From Marsupella aquatica (taxonomy: Eukaryota > Plantae > Marchantiophyta), in contig OZ316891.1 in assembly GCA_973895155.1 (NCBI GenBank), positions 1,107,324 to 1,171,323 of the forward strand: DNA of 64,000 bases. The letters run 5' to 3'. Position 1 is the stretch's first letter, and each line of letters starts with the position of its first letter. Below the pieces are notes generated by a model. That model was not told where the DNA came from. It ran no database searches and saw nothing but the letters and a program-made list of their open reading frames with translations. This document shows, one piece after another, positions 12,402 to 25,381 of the stretch. The position numbers and the translations under genes are program-made.

Positions 12402-12559
12402 ATAGATGACATCTTTCAAGAACAATCCATTACTTAAGCATTTTGTGAACAGACAAGGGCACTTGCATGATGTAGGATATCACTTCATATCATGATAAAC
12501 TCAATTATTCTGTTTAAGTCACTAAGTGTTACTCATAGTACATTGTATATTGTCACATT

Positions 12560-13010
12560 TTTATGTGCAGTTAATGGGACGCTTGCTCTAGCCTTGCCTC
12601 CATGAATTGGCAACAAGGCTTGGATGGAGGAAGGATTAAATTTTTACAAGCCCAGCAGGCCAAACACAAAGGAGAACTGCAGCTCACTACAGAAAGAACT
12701 GAGGGCACAGACTGCCACCACGCACACTCAAGCAAACATAAGCCAAGGAGAACCAAATAGGGAAGGGCCAAGGCAAACCCTTCATGGGAAAGGAGACCTG
12801 TTGCAATAATGAATTTTGTTAAGCTGGTTGTATGTAATACAAAGATTACAAGCTTGGATAGGATAGGCCCTATTCCATTGCTTGGATAAGATTCCTAAAC
12901 TTGGATGGGAACCACTAAACTGTGTATTTGGTTATAATGACACTGATTGAGAGTAAATTGCATGACATTCAGAGAAACAGTAGTTTGGGATCACACATTT
13001 AGTTTCAACA
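12560..13010 (+). mobile_element. 3' remnant of an LTR retrotransposon (integrase tail, PPT, short LTR), probably gypsy-type
   Basis: Purine tract GGGAAAGGAGAC lies directly before TGTTG (12799)...CAACA (13010). The upstream degenerate reading ELATRL/DGGRIKF resembles a gypsy integrase C-terminus. Confidence 0.4.
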
Positions 13011-13720
13011 TTTGATGTGGACCATTAGCTTTTTGTCTCGTTTGCTAGGAATGAAGAGACCTCGGTCAATTTGCGTTAGTTTTAGTTCCTCTTTCTTGGT
13101 TTTTTAGGGATTTCCTATTGCTCACTTCTTTTGCGTTTGGTTTTGTTCCCTTGGGACCTTTTTTGTTTGTTCTTTTGTACTCTGTTTGGCCCTTTTCTGT
13201 TAAAAGTTTATATATTTTCTAAAGCTCATGACTCACAATAAGAAAGAGTATTTTCTAAAATAGTTTTAGTAATAGTAGTTGTTTTTTTAGCAAGATCATT
13301 CTCAAGCCCTTATAATGTCTTTTTTTCATGGGTTTAGAACAAATGAGTCATGACACACCTATTTGCAAAGGTAGTGACTGTTTCCGTGCAATTTTAACCA
13401 AAAAAAAATTGATGAACCTATCTGCAAACTTGCTTACCTAGGTATAACTGGTGGTCTCTTTCTAGACAAAACGTGACACAAAGGGACAAGAGTAGCATGG
13501 CACGAAAGATAAGCTTGAAAACTTTTTTGACATCCAAAGGGATGAAAAACTGTTTTCCAAAACTTTCCAGAAGAAGACCAACACATACAAAAATCAGGAG
13601 TTCAGTTTAGGGATAGGTCTGATGTCATGGATCAACACTTCTTGCAACAAGGTTTTTCAGTTTTTTAGCTAGAGATTCTAGACGTTGTCCAACAAGGTGT
13701 TGCAATTTGTTTATTAAAGA

Positions 13721-13926
13721 CTAGCTCAAATACCTGTGCAGATGCACAGTAAAGGGCTCCCGGTTTTCCAGGAAGGGCTCCCCCTTCCCAAACTCCACAT
13801 GCCTGTCCCTACTCACAAGCATACTTGAATATCAAACTTTCTCACGCCAGACAAATTACAACCTACGGTTTCACTCTACGGAGTAGATCGTGGATAGTAG
13901 ACTTTGATTGACGATTATAATATAGG
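13721..13926 (-). mobile_element. Non-autonomous mini-Helitron
   Basis: The minus strand ends CTGTGCA-TC-TGCACAG (hairpin) GTATTTGAG CTAG|T. It begins A|CCTATATTATAATCG, a near match to the TCTATA 5' end. It sits between A and T with no TSD. Confidence 0.7.
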
Positions 13927-14674
13927 TGCTAGGTTTCTTTTGACTAGGCAAAGTCACAGAAGGGAATGAAATAAAATGAGAGTAATCCTTGAGCTGAGCT
14001 TCTCGAGTGGTGGTAGCTTGCTGTTGGGGACTTCTACTGAGACTCAGGGATCAAGTGGATAGGGAATCGGACTCCAGTCCCACTAAGTCAAGCCACAAGG
14101 TGCTTTTTGACTTGATGGAAGAAGGAAAACGTCTTTGGAAGGGGACAAATTTATAGACGCTCCTACATGGAAAATCCACCTGACCTGCACAGAAAGTTGA
14201 GGGTTTTTTCTTTGTTTTTGTAAGTGTTTAGTGGGAGGTTGTTACAATTTATAGCATCGCTAGTTAAAATTTTAAAAATGAAAAAGCCCACTCATTTAAA
14301 ATCACTTCCGTTGAAAATCAGGGTCCAAGTGGATAGGGAAAGGGACTGGAGTCTCACCAAGTCAAGAATTGGTTCTCTGGAAGGGAACAAAATTCTACGC
14401 AAAGAATCAAAAGACACAAGACGGATGTCAATCATGGTACAGTATGTAGTTTATTTTCCTGTGCAGCGGGCCTCCTGGGCTTGGTCTCCCCCTCTCTACT
14501 CCCACCCCCCCCCCAAAAAAACAAAACAAAACCAAAAAAAAAAATCTAAACAAAAAAATGTCCTCTAAATCCATTCGCCACTCAGCAATGCATATAAGTT
14601 TCTTTCTTTCTCTCTTTCTTTCTTTTGCACTGCATATGACTTTCTGGTCTGCTGTAGGTCCCATTTTTTGCACA

Positions 14675-14770
14675 TGATGCAATTGACCAGGCGCTTTCGG
14701 CATGGGGTTCAAATCCTTTATGTCCACAGCTGGGCATATGATTACGAGTCGTGTGTGTGAATGCCCACTG
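14675..14770 (+). mobile_element. tRNA-derived SINE head fragment
   Basis: GCAATTGACCAGG (shared with the copy at ~17770) is followed by B-box GGTTCAAATCC at 14706-14716. Confidence 0.45.
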
Positions 14771-17599
14771 AGGTATTTAACAAGTTTATTGGACTTATCC
14801 TCTACTATGGGAATCTCTAGTAAGTGCCTCAATATGATGTCATTGCCCTAGTTCCCACCTGCAATCCTGCAATACTTTTATGCTCCTTTAAGGGCACAAA
14901 TGTGATGTCATTGGAGTCCATTGTTTGGCATAATAATAAACTCTTTGATAAAAGAAAACGGAACTCAGAAACTCATTGGTCTTCACATGATGGGAAAGTC
15001 ATGCACTACAACAAATCCACTCCCTTGTATGTAATCACAACGCGTGCTCACCCCATCCTCTAAAAACAGGCTTTGTTGTTAACCCGTGTCAGACCCATTT
15101 AATGTGGATTGGGCCAAAGGTGCTCATAGTAAGAATTTGTATCAAAAGGGTATGGAAACCACATAAATATTAACAAAAATGTTTTTGCTGCCTGATGCAC
15201 AGCTTGCTCCCTGAAAGTTCACTTTAAAAGAAAACAGTAGCAAGCTTGTTCGATCTACGGGAGAGTAGTATAACAAGCACTTTAGAGATATCCATTGTCC
15301 TGAAGCACAGACACATTTAACTTTGCCCTCTAGTACCCAAGCTGGAGCCAAGGAACAAGCCATCAAACTTGCATTTCATTCTCAAATTAGCGTGATCCCA
15401 AACAGTTGTAGATCTATGAAGGGTTCAAGTTTATTTGCAAACGACTCAAGAATCAAGGCCCTAGTTTAGCTGGTCTAGGGCCTTGTGAACCTAAACATGG
15501 TGGGTTTGCCTTGTGAGCATGAACCTATAACTGCGAATATGCTTGGCAACAAACATTTCTGACATTCTCTTGGGCATTAGAGAGTTGCGAGCCTGGACAG
15601 GCCATTGCACAGTCTTAATGATTCCTAGCAGGGCTAACTCTACGCTACGCCCCATGATGGGCAATATTATATATGTTCCAAACATCTTCAAGAATCTACC
15701 ACATTTTACATTATTCTTTACATTAAAACTTCTGAATAATTAATCAATATAACAGACCAAAAACACCCTGTTAACCCGTGTTCGGTCCACTGGTTTTTAG
15801 ATGAGGAGAATGAAGTAACCAGCATGCGACAAGTATGGAAACATGTTCGCTTAATTACTTTATTCACATGTTTATCATGTGGGCCATGGAGCAAGAGCCG
15901 TATTTTTATCCACTTTACAAAGATTCCTATGCAATTTGAGCTTAACTCTAGAATCATTGCAGATACGATTCCTTTCCGTGTAAAAGGCCTTCTATCCACC
16001 CAGCAAGGAGAGTAGAATTATCAAGGTCCTCATTATCTATATAATATAATGGGCATGTGAACCTGGCACTCAGGGCTTATGATTTAGACTGAAGTCTCTA
16101 GACTAGACCGTGACTTTAGGTACATGACTAAAGTTAGGAGTATGGGTTTAGGATGGAATTTAAACCCTAAACTGATAGATCTAGAGTTCAAATGTTATGA
16201 TTGATTGTTTCCTTTCTGTGGGTTTCACAGATTTCCCCTATGAAAATTAAAAACAGACTCTCTTGACCTATTATTTTAAATCCTGCGTTCCAAAATTTAA
16301 AATATCAAACAAAAGGAAGGTTAACAAATAAAACATATCACTTTGTTTGAGCACCTTAGGTTTGATTTCCTTCTACATCAGTAAAGAGCAATAGATGCAA
16401 AAGCTGAGTTCTTATATGATTGGGCATATGGACATCTTTTGCCACTGAGCTCTCGACAGGGTTCTTTATATTCAATGTGCCAAATTCCACCTCCATCACA
16501 ATCATTTTGCCGATTTTCCACCATACCACAAGGTCAATTAGCAACAATCATGGTTCTAACAGTCAGGAACTAATATAGAAAATTGACAGAAGGAATACTC
16601 TTAGCTTCGTGGACCAAACACACCGTATCATTTAGCCACACTGAGATTCTTTTTAAAAAACGCCTGAAATAATAATTATTATAGAAAATTGACTGAAGGA
16701 ATACTCTTAGCTTTGTCTACCAAACACAAGGTCCCGTAGGCACACTGGGGTAAATTTTTAAAATCCTCAAAGATGACCCTGGCTCTTGACGTGGGTCCAC
16801 CAGATTTAAAAAGTATTATTGTCGTACTGACCAATTTGGACGGATAGGGGGTCGTTTATAAGCCACATAACGCCTGGACTAGATCCTAAAGAAATGCCTC
16901 TTTGTGAATGTGGGTTGCCCCCAGAGCCGGGTGAGTGGGACTACAGACGAAACAACAACCTGGCTTCCTTACACCAAGGGTGGCTTTACAACAAGTAGGG
17001 AGCAAACTGTTCATCCATTTGGGGCCATTGCATGAAATAAAGTTAAACTGCATGAGCCAAAATGTGTCAGGTTTGGAGACAACAAATGAAAGCTATTGAA
17101 TAGAAATGGACCATTCTTTAGATCACCTCCAGGGTGGTATAGTCGTTGATACAAAAGCAAGGCCACACAGCTTAAAAAGAGACCCACTAAAAGGTGACTA
17201 GGATAGGTTGTGGGTTTGCCACATTGTGCCCTCAGTATGATGTTAGTTTGGCATGCTATGTTGCATTTCAGAGATAGAAAAAGAAGACCCAAACCAAGTC
17301 CTTGTAAAGCCCCCTAAATGGGACAGCAAATGACACCCAGGATAGCTATAAAGTACTCTTTTTGAAGTCAATAATTATCGTTCCTGTCTAGATCCAAGGA
17401 ACCAATGATTGCCAGAGCCAGCAAAGTGTGCAATTTGCAAAAATTGTGACCACAACTTTGCATCTCCATCACTGGTCGGTCTTTCTTTTCTTTTGCCTTG
17501 AAAGCCGAAAGAAGACCGTCCAACAGAGGATAGATGTTCGATTTTGGAGTATGCACCTCTGTAGGATAGCCCACAATGGGGGACATTATCCAGGAATCT

Positions 17600-17790
17600 T
17601 AGAGGGGCCCAAACCAGGAGGGAGAGAGGGTTGAAGCAAGGCCCAAAAACAGGCCAGCAAGGGCTGAGGAGAAACCATGACTCCCACCACTACACCCCAC
17701 ACACACATACCCTTGCGTGGGAAGGGGGATTGAACCTGGGACCTGTTAGTTCTAGGCTCATTTCCTGGTCAACTTGCCAAAGCCAGTTGT
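17600..17790 (-). mobile_element. tRNA-derived SINE
   Basis: The minus strand has A-box-like TGGCAAGTTGACCAGG and B-box GGTTCAATCC (17727-17736) with a tRNA-like AGGTCCCAGGTTCAA. The body resembles 62240-62420. Confidence 0.55.
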
Positions 17791-20760
17791 CTGTTCTTTG
17801 TCTTGAAGGCTTGCTCATCTTTTATCAAACTAAGGGTTTGTGCTACAGTAGTGCCATCCTAGTTCCTGTAGAACCTAAGTGAAATATTAATTGTTTTCTA
17901 GAAAATGATGCAATGCTAAAATAGAATTCTCTTGAATTAGATTCATAGGGCCCATCATGATAAACATGTTTTGGCAGGGGTCCTAAGCATATACTCCATT
18001 TTTATAATATGCACTGACTTTTTCAGTGTATACATCAAGATACTCAAGATATTTTTAAAATTTAACTCACAAAATTAAGTGCAGATGGGGATGTCCCTGA
18101 ATTTTGAGCTGACAAAAAAGTGCACTTTGATGGTTATTGGTGTCTTGGCTCATTGAATTGAGAGTACCATGAAAGGCCTACCAGAACTCAACATAGTAGG
18201 TTAGAGACACTCGATGCTTGAACCAAGAGTGTTTACTGAAATGCAACAACTGCTTGAGCATCTACTCTATCAAGTGCCACATGAAATCAAGCATGAAGTT
18301 AATTGAAAAGAAACAAAAGACCAGCCCTCAAGACTACCCTTGGGGGTTAACTTAGTGTATAAGGAGAGAGACAGCCTTAAAAGTGTTGTGGCAAGATTAA
18401 TGTAAGGGTAGGACTATTTTAGGAAGGGAAAGTCTAGTACTCATAGTCACTAGTATCAGTAATAAGTGCATTCAAAGCAGGAAAAAAGTTTAAAGAGTTT
18501 TCACCCTGCTTTTTGCTCACTCCTCCAAATGAGTCCAATACAATCGTTTGATAATTCACCTTTACGTTTCAAGAGAAACACCTCCGCCAGGGACCTTTTC
18601 CGACACATTTTTCATATGACCAGGGTTAAAGTAATAATCCCTTTTTGGCGCATTTTTCAGGTGACTGGGATTAAAGTAGTCACCCCTTTCCCCAAAGTTA
18701 TATCATCCATCAAAGAAATGAGTTGTGTGTGGGCGGGACTTCCTTGCACTTGGGCCTTCCTTGGGCTCTCCATAATTATGTATTTGACCCACAGGGTCTT
18801 GTTTTGCATGGGTTGATGTAAGGGGAGATTTTCAAGCACTTGAGGCTCCTGTTCTTTTTTCTATGTGTGAGATGCTATCCGAGCCTTTCAATGTGGGAGC
18901 CAGACTTCGCTTTAGACTATTTTGGGGGCACAATCTTGCAACACCATGCGATCCTTGTCCCTGCTAGTGTGCTCTTTGTGGATCCTTCTTTTGCTACTGT
19001 GGCAATTTTTCTCGCATTTTTTGTCATTGGTTGAGTGACTTTACCAAGCACATAAGCATGCGGTCTCCAATGGACTCTACATACCTGACAGTAAAATGAA
19101 GTCACATAAATACATTGAAGTCACATAAATACATGATATTATAGAGAAGGGCTATATGGATGGACAGACAGGCTTTCCGTCAGCCATAATAAGGAATCCC
19201 TCAGTACTTGGCACCTCCAAATGCGCACAATCCTTCCCGCTATATTCCCCTCCTGTGCTGAGAAACACTATCAACCATGACCACAAAGCTCTGGGGTGAA
19301 TCATCAGGTAAGGAGCTCTGCTTGTCAGATAACATTCAGACTTGTGACATTTTTATAAAATTCCCCTGTTGCAATGGACAGATTTCCTACTGTAACCGGT
19401 GTGCACATATTTACAGGTCACAATCTAAACGGAATTGTAACATGTGTTGTGTCAGCTTTTCCTGATGTATCGCTTCGGTCCATTAGGGTTCTCAAAATTC
19501 ACAAGGGATTTTTGACAAAGTGCTCGGTCTTCCTTTTCAAGTCTACCCTGGTTACCCACAAGAGCTCTTATGGCCCTGAGATTGTAACATTGACTATTCC
19601 AATGGTTTGCATTCCCCTTAGGACTTACTCAAACCCAACTTCTGTATTTTCTGAGTGCCTCATTCCCCTCATGTAGGTGCCCTCATGCACATACTATGCT
19701 CCTAGGGTGAGACTAACTGTTAGTTTCTCCAATGTGGTAGTCTGATGGCCATAGCATCTTCTGCAGTTTTCAATCACTTAACCCATGAAAAAGTGGCATT
19801 GTAGTAATCATTCTAGATATGGTGACAGGTAGTGCTATTTGAGTATAGTAATAGCATATCTAACCATAACCAAAGACCTGACTACAGTTTGACTTGCTGT
19901 GGTTACAGAATAACATGAGGCCTATAAGTAAATTTCCAACTTTGTGCTGAACATTTTGATAAGTTTTTCTTAACTCCTGTCAGATTGTGTAAAGTATAGA
20001 GTAGGGTCTACATCAGTTTTGGGAACATTCACTCTTGGCTTGCTGTAGATAGAACGGCTGATTGGTGTCCATTGTTGGGAGTGTGATTGTTTGTGTGTAG
20101 ATAGGATTGAGGCCAATGTCGGTTACCGGAAAAAGTTTCAATGCCGTAATTTTATACCAAAAAGATGGTAAGGTCCACTCTACAGTGGCGGTGTGCTGAA
20201 CATTTGATAGTCAGCACTCGTGCCTCAGTGTACGAAAATTGCAGAAGAATAAATTGAAAATGATTTGTTTTATTGTCTACCGATCCAAAAACTAAAGCGC
20301 TGCATACTCTTTGTAGTTTGGACTGTAGGTTTCTTTATTTTGCCCACAGTTCCCGCTTTTGTTGAGTGTTGCCCCAAACACAAAGGGGCGTATCAAATAG
20401 AACATGCAAACATGCAATTTCCTGTTTGGGGCAGAAACCACTCAGATGATAGCCAGGAATTTTACAAAGACTAGTCATGGGGTCCATGAAAAGGTGACAA
20501 TCTAGTAAAATGCAATTTTTTAAACTGGTGTAATCTAAAATATATGTGGACCAAAAAGCCGAATGTTATTCAGTCCCTGTTCTTTCATGTGGCTATCATG
20601 TGGCCCCACTGGTTTCATACTTATACCCAAAACATAATTTAAGAAATCATTTTTGGGATCATCAAAGTAGGAGTGCAAAGGTGAAAAGACTATTTCCGTA
20701 GCGGGGTACTTTTCAAAGTGGGACAATGACTTTGAATTGGACCGTCAATTGGAACTTGGT

Positions 20761-20930
20761 TGTGAAGAATCAAACCTTGTAAAACATGAGTTCAATCATG
20801 GACAACCCATTGGAATTTCATGAAGAATCAAGCTTTGAAATCACGCGTTCAATCATGAGCAACCCATCGGAATTTCGTTGTGAAGAATCAAGCCTTATAA
20901 GAAACAAGAATTCAATCATGGGCAACACTT
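20761..20930. repeat. Three ~60-bp tandem units
   Basis: TGAAGAATCAA.C.TT....TTCAATCATG..CAAC is repeated three times. Confidence 0.85.
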
Positions 20931-23900
20931 CAAGGTAATACCTGGTTACACTAATGCCTCTTTTTTCTTAAGAAAGTATATATAACACTGTCAAAGGGAC
21001 AGGAATGCCAAAATGGGAGACATGGTACCAAAGGCAAATTGTGGGCAAGGATAACCAATTGTTTATAGCACATATATGTTACACTGCCAAAAACCAAAAG
21101 GTGCCCAACGGCAGGACACATGCCAAAAGTAGGAGACCCAATAAAGGGGTGCAAGCATGGAAACCCCCACAACGACCATAGAGGCACTAGAAAAGAAATA
21201 TATGTAACCTTCTAGAGAAGTGAAAGCACATTACCTTACACTAACAGATTAGTGCATGACCGAAACGCTAACATATTTTGTTTTCTACTTAGAGAGCAAT
21301 GCTATTTTGTCTACCTTTGGAAACAGTAGAAACAGTAGAAACAGTCATAAATCAAGGTGCTACGTCAAAACGTTGAGAGTAGTACAAACATACCTATTTC
21401 ACATCATCCTAGTTTCACAAACAGTATCTAAAATCTTGTCCAGGCACTAAAACTTTCCACCAATTAATTATGTTTTGGCCAGATGATCCTTACCCTACTT
21501 AACGATGACCCACCCACTCAAGAAAGACGACAACGATAATGTTCGTTGAATATTTCTCCACCAAATCGTATTTCCCATACGCAAGCACTCATTCTGCCAC
21601 CTGGTCATCCTGCCCTCGCCCCCACATACTTTTAGGTTTCTTGCATGGAACCACTTGCCGATGATGCACCTTCGTAAGAGCAGCAGCCTCCGCCCGCAAG
21701 TCGTCGAAATCCCGCTCCATAACGCCGCCACGTTGTCTCTCCCCATTCGCTTCAAAGATAAAGAAAGTGCCCAACGGCGCGCCGACGGTAACGTGCCCCG
21801 CCAAATCACGCCGTCAAGTAACCGATAAACCGATCCCTGTACCCACCAGTCCACCACCCGGTGGTGTGAAAGCGAAGGCATGCCCATCCCTTCCCCGCCT
21901 GCCCGCCGCAGACCGAGGCGTATCTTTTCTCTGCTTTCCACCCCGGGCAGCGCGGTATCACAACTTCCCCGTCCGCGTCAGTACCGCTAGTACAAACCGC
22001 CGTACTCTCGCTGCCCCCCGCACAGCCTCGCTCCATACAGCTTTTCAGGAAAAATGCCTTGAGCCTCCATCGCCCGTCGATTCGAAGATCGGTCGGCCAG
22101 TAGGAGCCAAGATTGGATTCTTTTCGTTCAGATAAATGTTTTCGCATTGTCCTGACAAGGCAGTACGAACCTGGTATAGACCCCGCAGACAACAGAACCG
22201 TACTCAAGCCAAGTATTAAATTTCGCAGAAACATTTATTACCGGGCACTGCATGAACAATCGATCATCGAAAATCATCGCGAATATAAATCACTGATTCA
22301 TTACTTGGGTCTGAAACTTACGAGTGGAATGGTTATTTTAAGCAAACAAGATATACATGATGGACCCCATAAGGTTTAAGGTAAGATTTTAAGCAAACCA
22401 GATATTCTTGATGGACCTGTGAGTGATCCATACCCTTGTAGACCTAAAATTAACTGTCCTAATATCTCATGGGGCCTCATATGGTCCATTAAGTAACACT
22501 CTCAGTTTAAGGGTCCATCTAGTATCCCTGGTAAGTTTATCTAATGTTGACCAAGCATCTGGATCCCTCATGAGTCCATCAGGTAACATTTTGTATTTGT
22601 CTATCAATATATCTTCCAAACATTTACCTCAGTACTAAAACTACCGTGGATGGGGGAGAGCATCGGCCCTGGTATTTCGACACAAATTAACTGTGGTATT
22701 TAATTTCTGAGGAATCATTGTGGAAAGGCTACTAACATCAGGGGATTTAAATCATATGTAATAATTATTTGCTGTGAAATCCTTCCAGTGAGTACAGTAC
22801 TACAGTGGGTCATGGAATGGAATCTCCAGTTGGATGGTACTGACACTCGATAGTCCTGCCCGGCTGCGCTTCTGATAGGGCTGTCCGGACAGCTGGACTT
22901 AGAATTTGTCTGTTTGAAAGGTGCCAGTTATTTAAGTTAAATTGGGGTATATATTCTCTTAACCATTGTTTATGGTCGAATTACCGTCCTGTACCTACCA
23001 TCGGATGAAGCCATAGTTTTGTTCTATTCATAAATTTAAGCTTTTAATTTTAGATTACGCTTGTGAGAAGAGAAGTGCATGAGGAGTCGGGGTGCAGCCG
23101 TTCCTGGCAGCTTCTCTCACACTGGCCAAAAACCATTTGCTACATCCCTGCAGAGTTTTAGGCACATTTGGCAACCATTTGGGAAGTTTTCTGTCTCCCT
23201 TAGAGCAATCCGACGGATGCGCTCAACAGCCGCCAGGTAAGTGTTTAGCGTGATAATTGGTGTCAATGATGATTTTTGGTCCCCACTTTGCAAGGGTGCA
23301 ACCAGAAACACATTTGAAACCACCATATTTCAGGAAATACTTCAGGAAGGTTAGAGCAAAAGAAATGTGAATTGCTATGTTGAAGTTGCAAAGGGAGGAG
23401 GAAGAAGAAGGGAGGGCTGTCAGGCTAGCTACTGCAAGAATGCCAATGCAAGCATGAGCAGCAAACTCGAGGCCACTTGGAGTGTTGCTGAAGAGAATCT
23501 CAGCCATGGTGTAGCTGCCCACATGGAAAATATACCTGGACAAGTTTCATCAGACAATTGGCAGCAGGATAGAGCACCTCCATGTGTGCCGCAGACTAGT
23601 GTTGATGATTCACTAGAGAAAGAAAAGTTATAGTTAGGAAACACAGTATCAACTGGGCTACACTACTTGCCAAACAATGTCACCACTAATCAGGAGTACT
23701 ACCAGACAAATTTGACTTGACTTGCTCTAATGTAGTTCAAAAAATTCCAATACTAAATAGTCTTAGCTAAGAAACCCACCACATGTAGTGTTATTTTTTA
23801 TTCAAACCTACGCTCTTAAATTAGTATTACCAACAGAAATTCTGGATTAACACTGATTATATAGACTAAATAGGGTTTACAGTGTACAGTGAAGAATTTC

Positions 23901-23937
23901 AAGTTGGGGTGGAACTCAAAAATGGGTAGGCAAGGTA

Positions 23938-24062
23938 TATGTTTATGGTCTGGTTGTGCCACTTAATGGGGTATTAGGGCGACCATATGTCAACCCGAGT
24001 ATGCGGGGAGACATATGGAAGCCCAATACCCCATTAAGGGCCACGGGGCGGCCCTAAACATA
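23938..24062. mobile_element. ~125-bp palindromic hairpin, Tourist/PIF-like MITE candidate
   Basis: CTTAATGGGGTATTAGGGCGACCATATGTC pairs with GACATATGGAAGCCCAATACCCCATTAAG. The outer TATGTTTA pairs with TAAACATA. Confidence 0.65.
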
Positions 24063-25183
24063 CGTTAAGGATCGTAGTCCATCAATTTTTCTGATCAAAT
24101 GGATCAGATCAAATCCGACGGCCAACCATACTCGACTGAACGGCTGCGATTATAGTACATCCGCGCAGCCTCCTGACAAGATCCAGGCGAGACAATACAA
24201 ATACACCCCACAATACACTACAAAATTGTGAAATATAAAAAATATGCTTACGTGGCAAGATCTGGTAGGCCAGCTACAATAAGAATCACATCCTTAACTT
24301 GAAGATAAGAGCCTCTGAAAATGGTTGGGGGACTTGAATCTTCTCATATCTATTTATGTTTAAAGAATGGACACAGCCTAAGTTTTATTTTGTCGAAGAA
24401 TGTCGACCACCAACACTATCGTCCATGTTCGGCCAGGCCGACGGCGAAGCGTAACAGCGCTGTGGAACCGTCGGAAATATCCGGTCGCGCGGGATTTGAC
24501 GAGTCTGACAGGCGCGGACTGACGAACGGGCGGACAGCAGGACTCTCTGTCTACCTTTTTTTCCTCCGCGCCCGCGGGCAGTAGGCGGGTGGTGCCCCAA
24601 CACAGCGAGCAGAACAGTGGCACCAGTCGGGCAGTCGGGCAGCCGGGCAGTCAGACAGACGGACCGGAAGGTCTGGCCTGGGCTGGCTGTACGGACGCAG
24701 CGAGCAGGCTGTCTTTCCCGATGCGGTACATACTGCGTCCAGCTCATCGTCGCCGAGCATGTCCTCTTTTGGGCCAGCCATATGACCGCAGGAGACGTTG
24801 GGGCGAGAGACGTTGCCACCACCGGGACCGCCTGCCTTCTGCCTTCTGCCCCTTCAAAGCCCTTGGCGCCCTCTGCTCTGCCCCTCAAACGCACTACTCG
24901 CTCCCGACTCTCGCGACGAGATCGATCCACTGATCATCTCGCAAACTCGCCCTCCGCCGCTCTCCTCCGCAAGACCTCCAGCGACGTCGAATTCGCCATC
25001 GAAATCGAGCTCCGTCGATCGATCGCTTCGTCGCAGCTCAATCTCAGGGGACGGCTTACTCGAAACGGAGGCTGGTCGAGGATTGAACTTGTTCTCTGCA
25101 ATCGGAGAAACGAGAGCTAAAGAGCGGAGCTAGTTGCTTCGTTTTGAGTTCGGAGGTTTCAGATTTTCTCACAGGTTTTCGAA

Positions 25184-25381
25184 ATGGCCTCCAGCACTTC
25201 TTCATCTTCCGTCTCGGCAAAGGCCGTCATGACCGTGGCTGCATTGGCCGCGCTCGTGAGCGTTGCCTCTGCACAGGGCCCGGCACCGGCGCCCTCGAAC
25301 GACGGACATCTTGCAGGGCCGTCAATGCTCGTAGGATTGGCGTGCGCGGCGTGTGCCTTCGTATATGGACGGTTCTTGTAG
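25184..25381 (+). CDS. Arabinogalactan peptide (AG-peptide), GPI-anchored, AGP12/14/21-like architecture
   Basis: 65-aa ATG ORF with a signal peptide ending VASA|Q, a mature core QGPAPAPSNDG with AP dipeptides, and a hydrophobic GPI-signal-like tail (MLVGLACAACAFVYGRFL). A CpG-rich leader lies upstream. Confidence 0.88.
   Translation: MASSTSSSSVSAKAVMTVAALAALVSVASAQGPAPAPSNDGHLAGPSMLVGLACAACAFVYGRFL

Noticed and set aside
12038-12542. TGTAGTAATG...CATAGTACA, a possible solo LTR hosting the MITE
   Set aside because: The flanks TGAAA and TTGTA do not match as a TSD, so the boundaries cannot be supported.
14800-17590. Faint LINE ORF2-like peptides on the minus strand (also ~38500-39600)
   Set aside because: Too degraded; no diagnostic RT or endonuclease motif is readable, so they are left unannotated.
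17716-17790. Possible tRNA gene
   Set aside because: No acceptor stem or complete cloverleaf; better explained as a SINE head.
24385-25133. Overlapping 111-181-aa ORFs on both strands
   Set aside because: GC-rich promoter/leader of the AG-peptide gene with low stop frequency and no recognisable domains.
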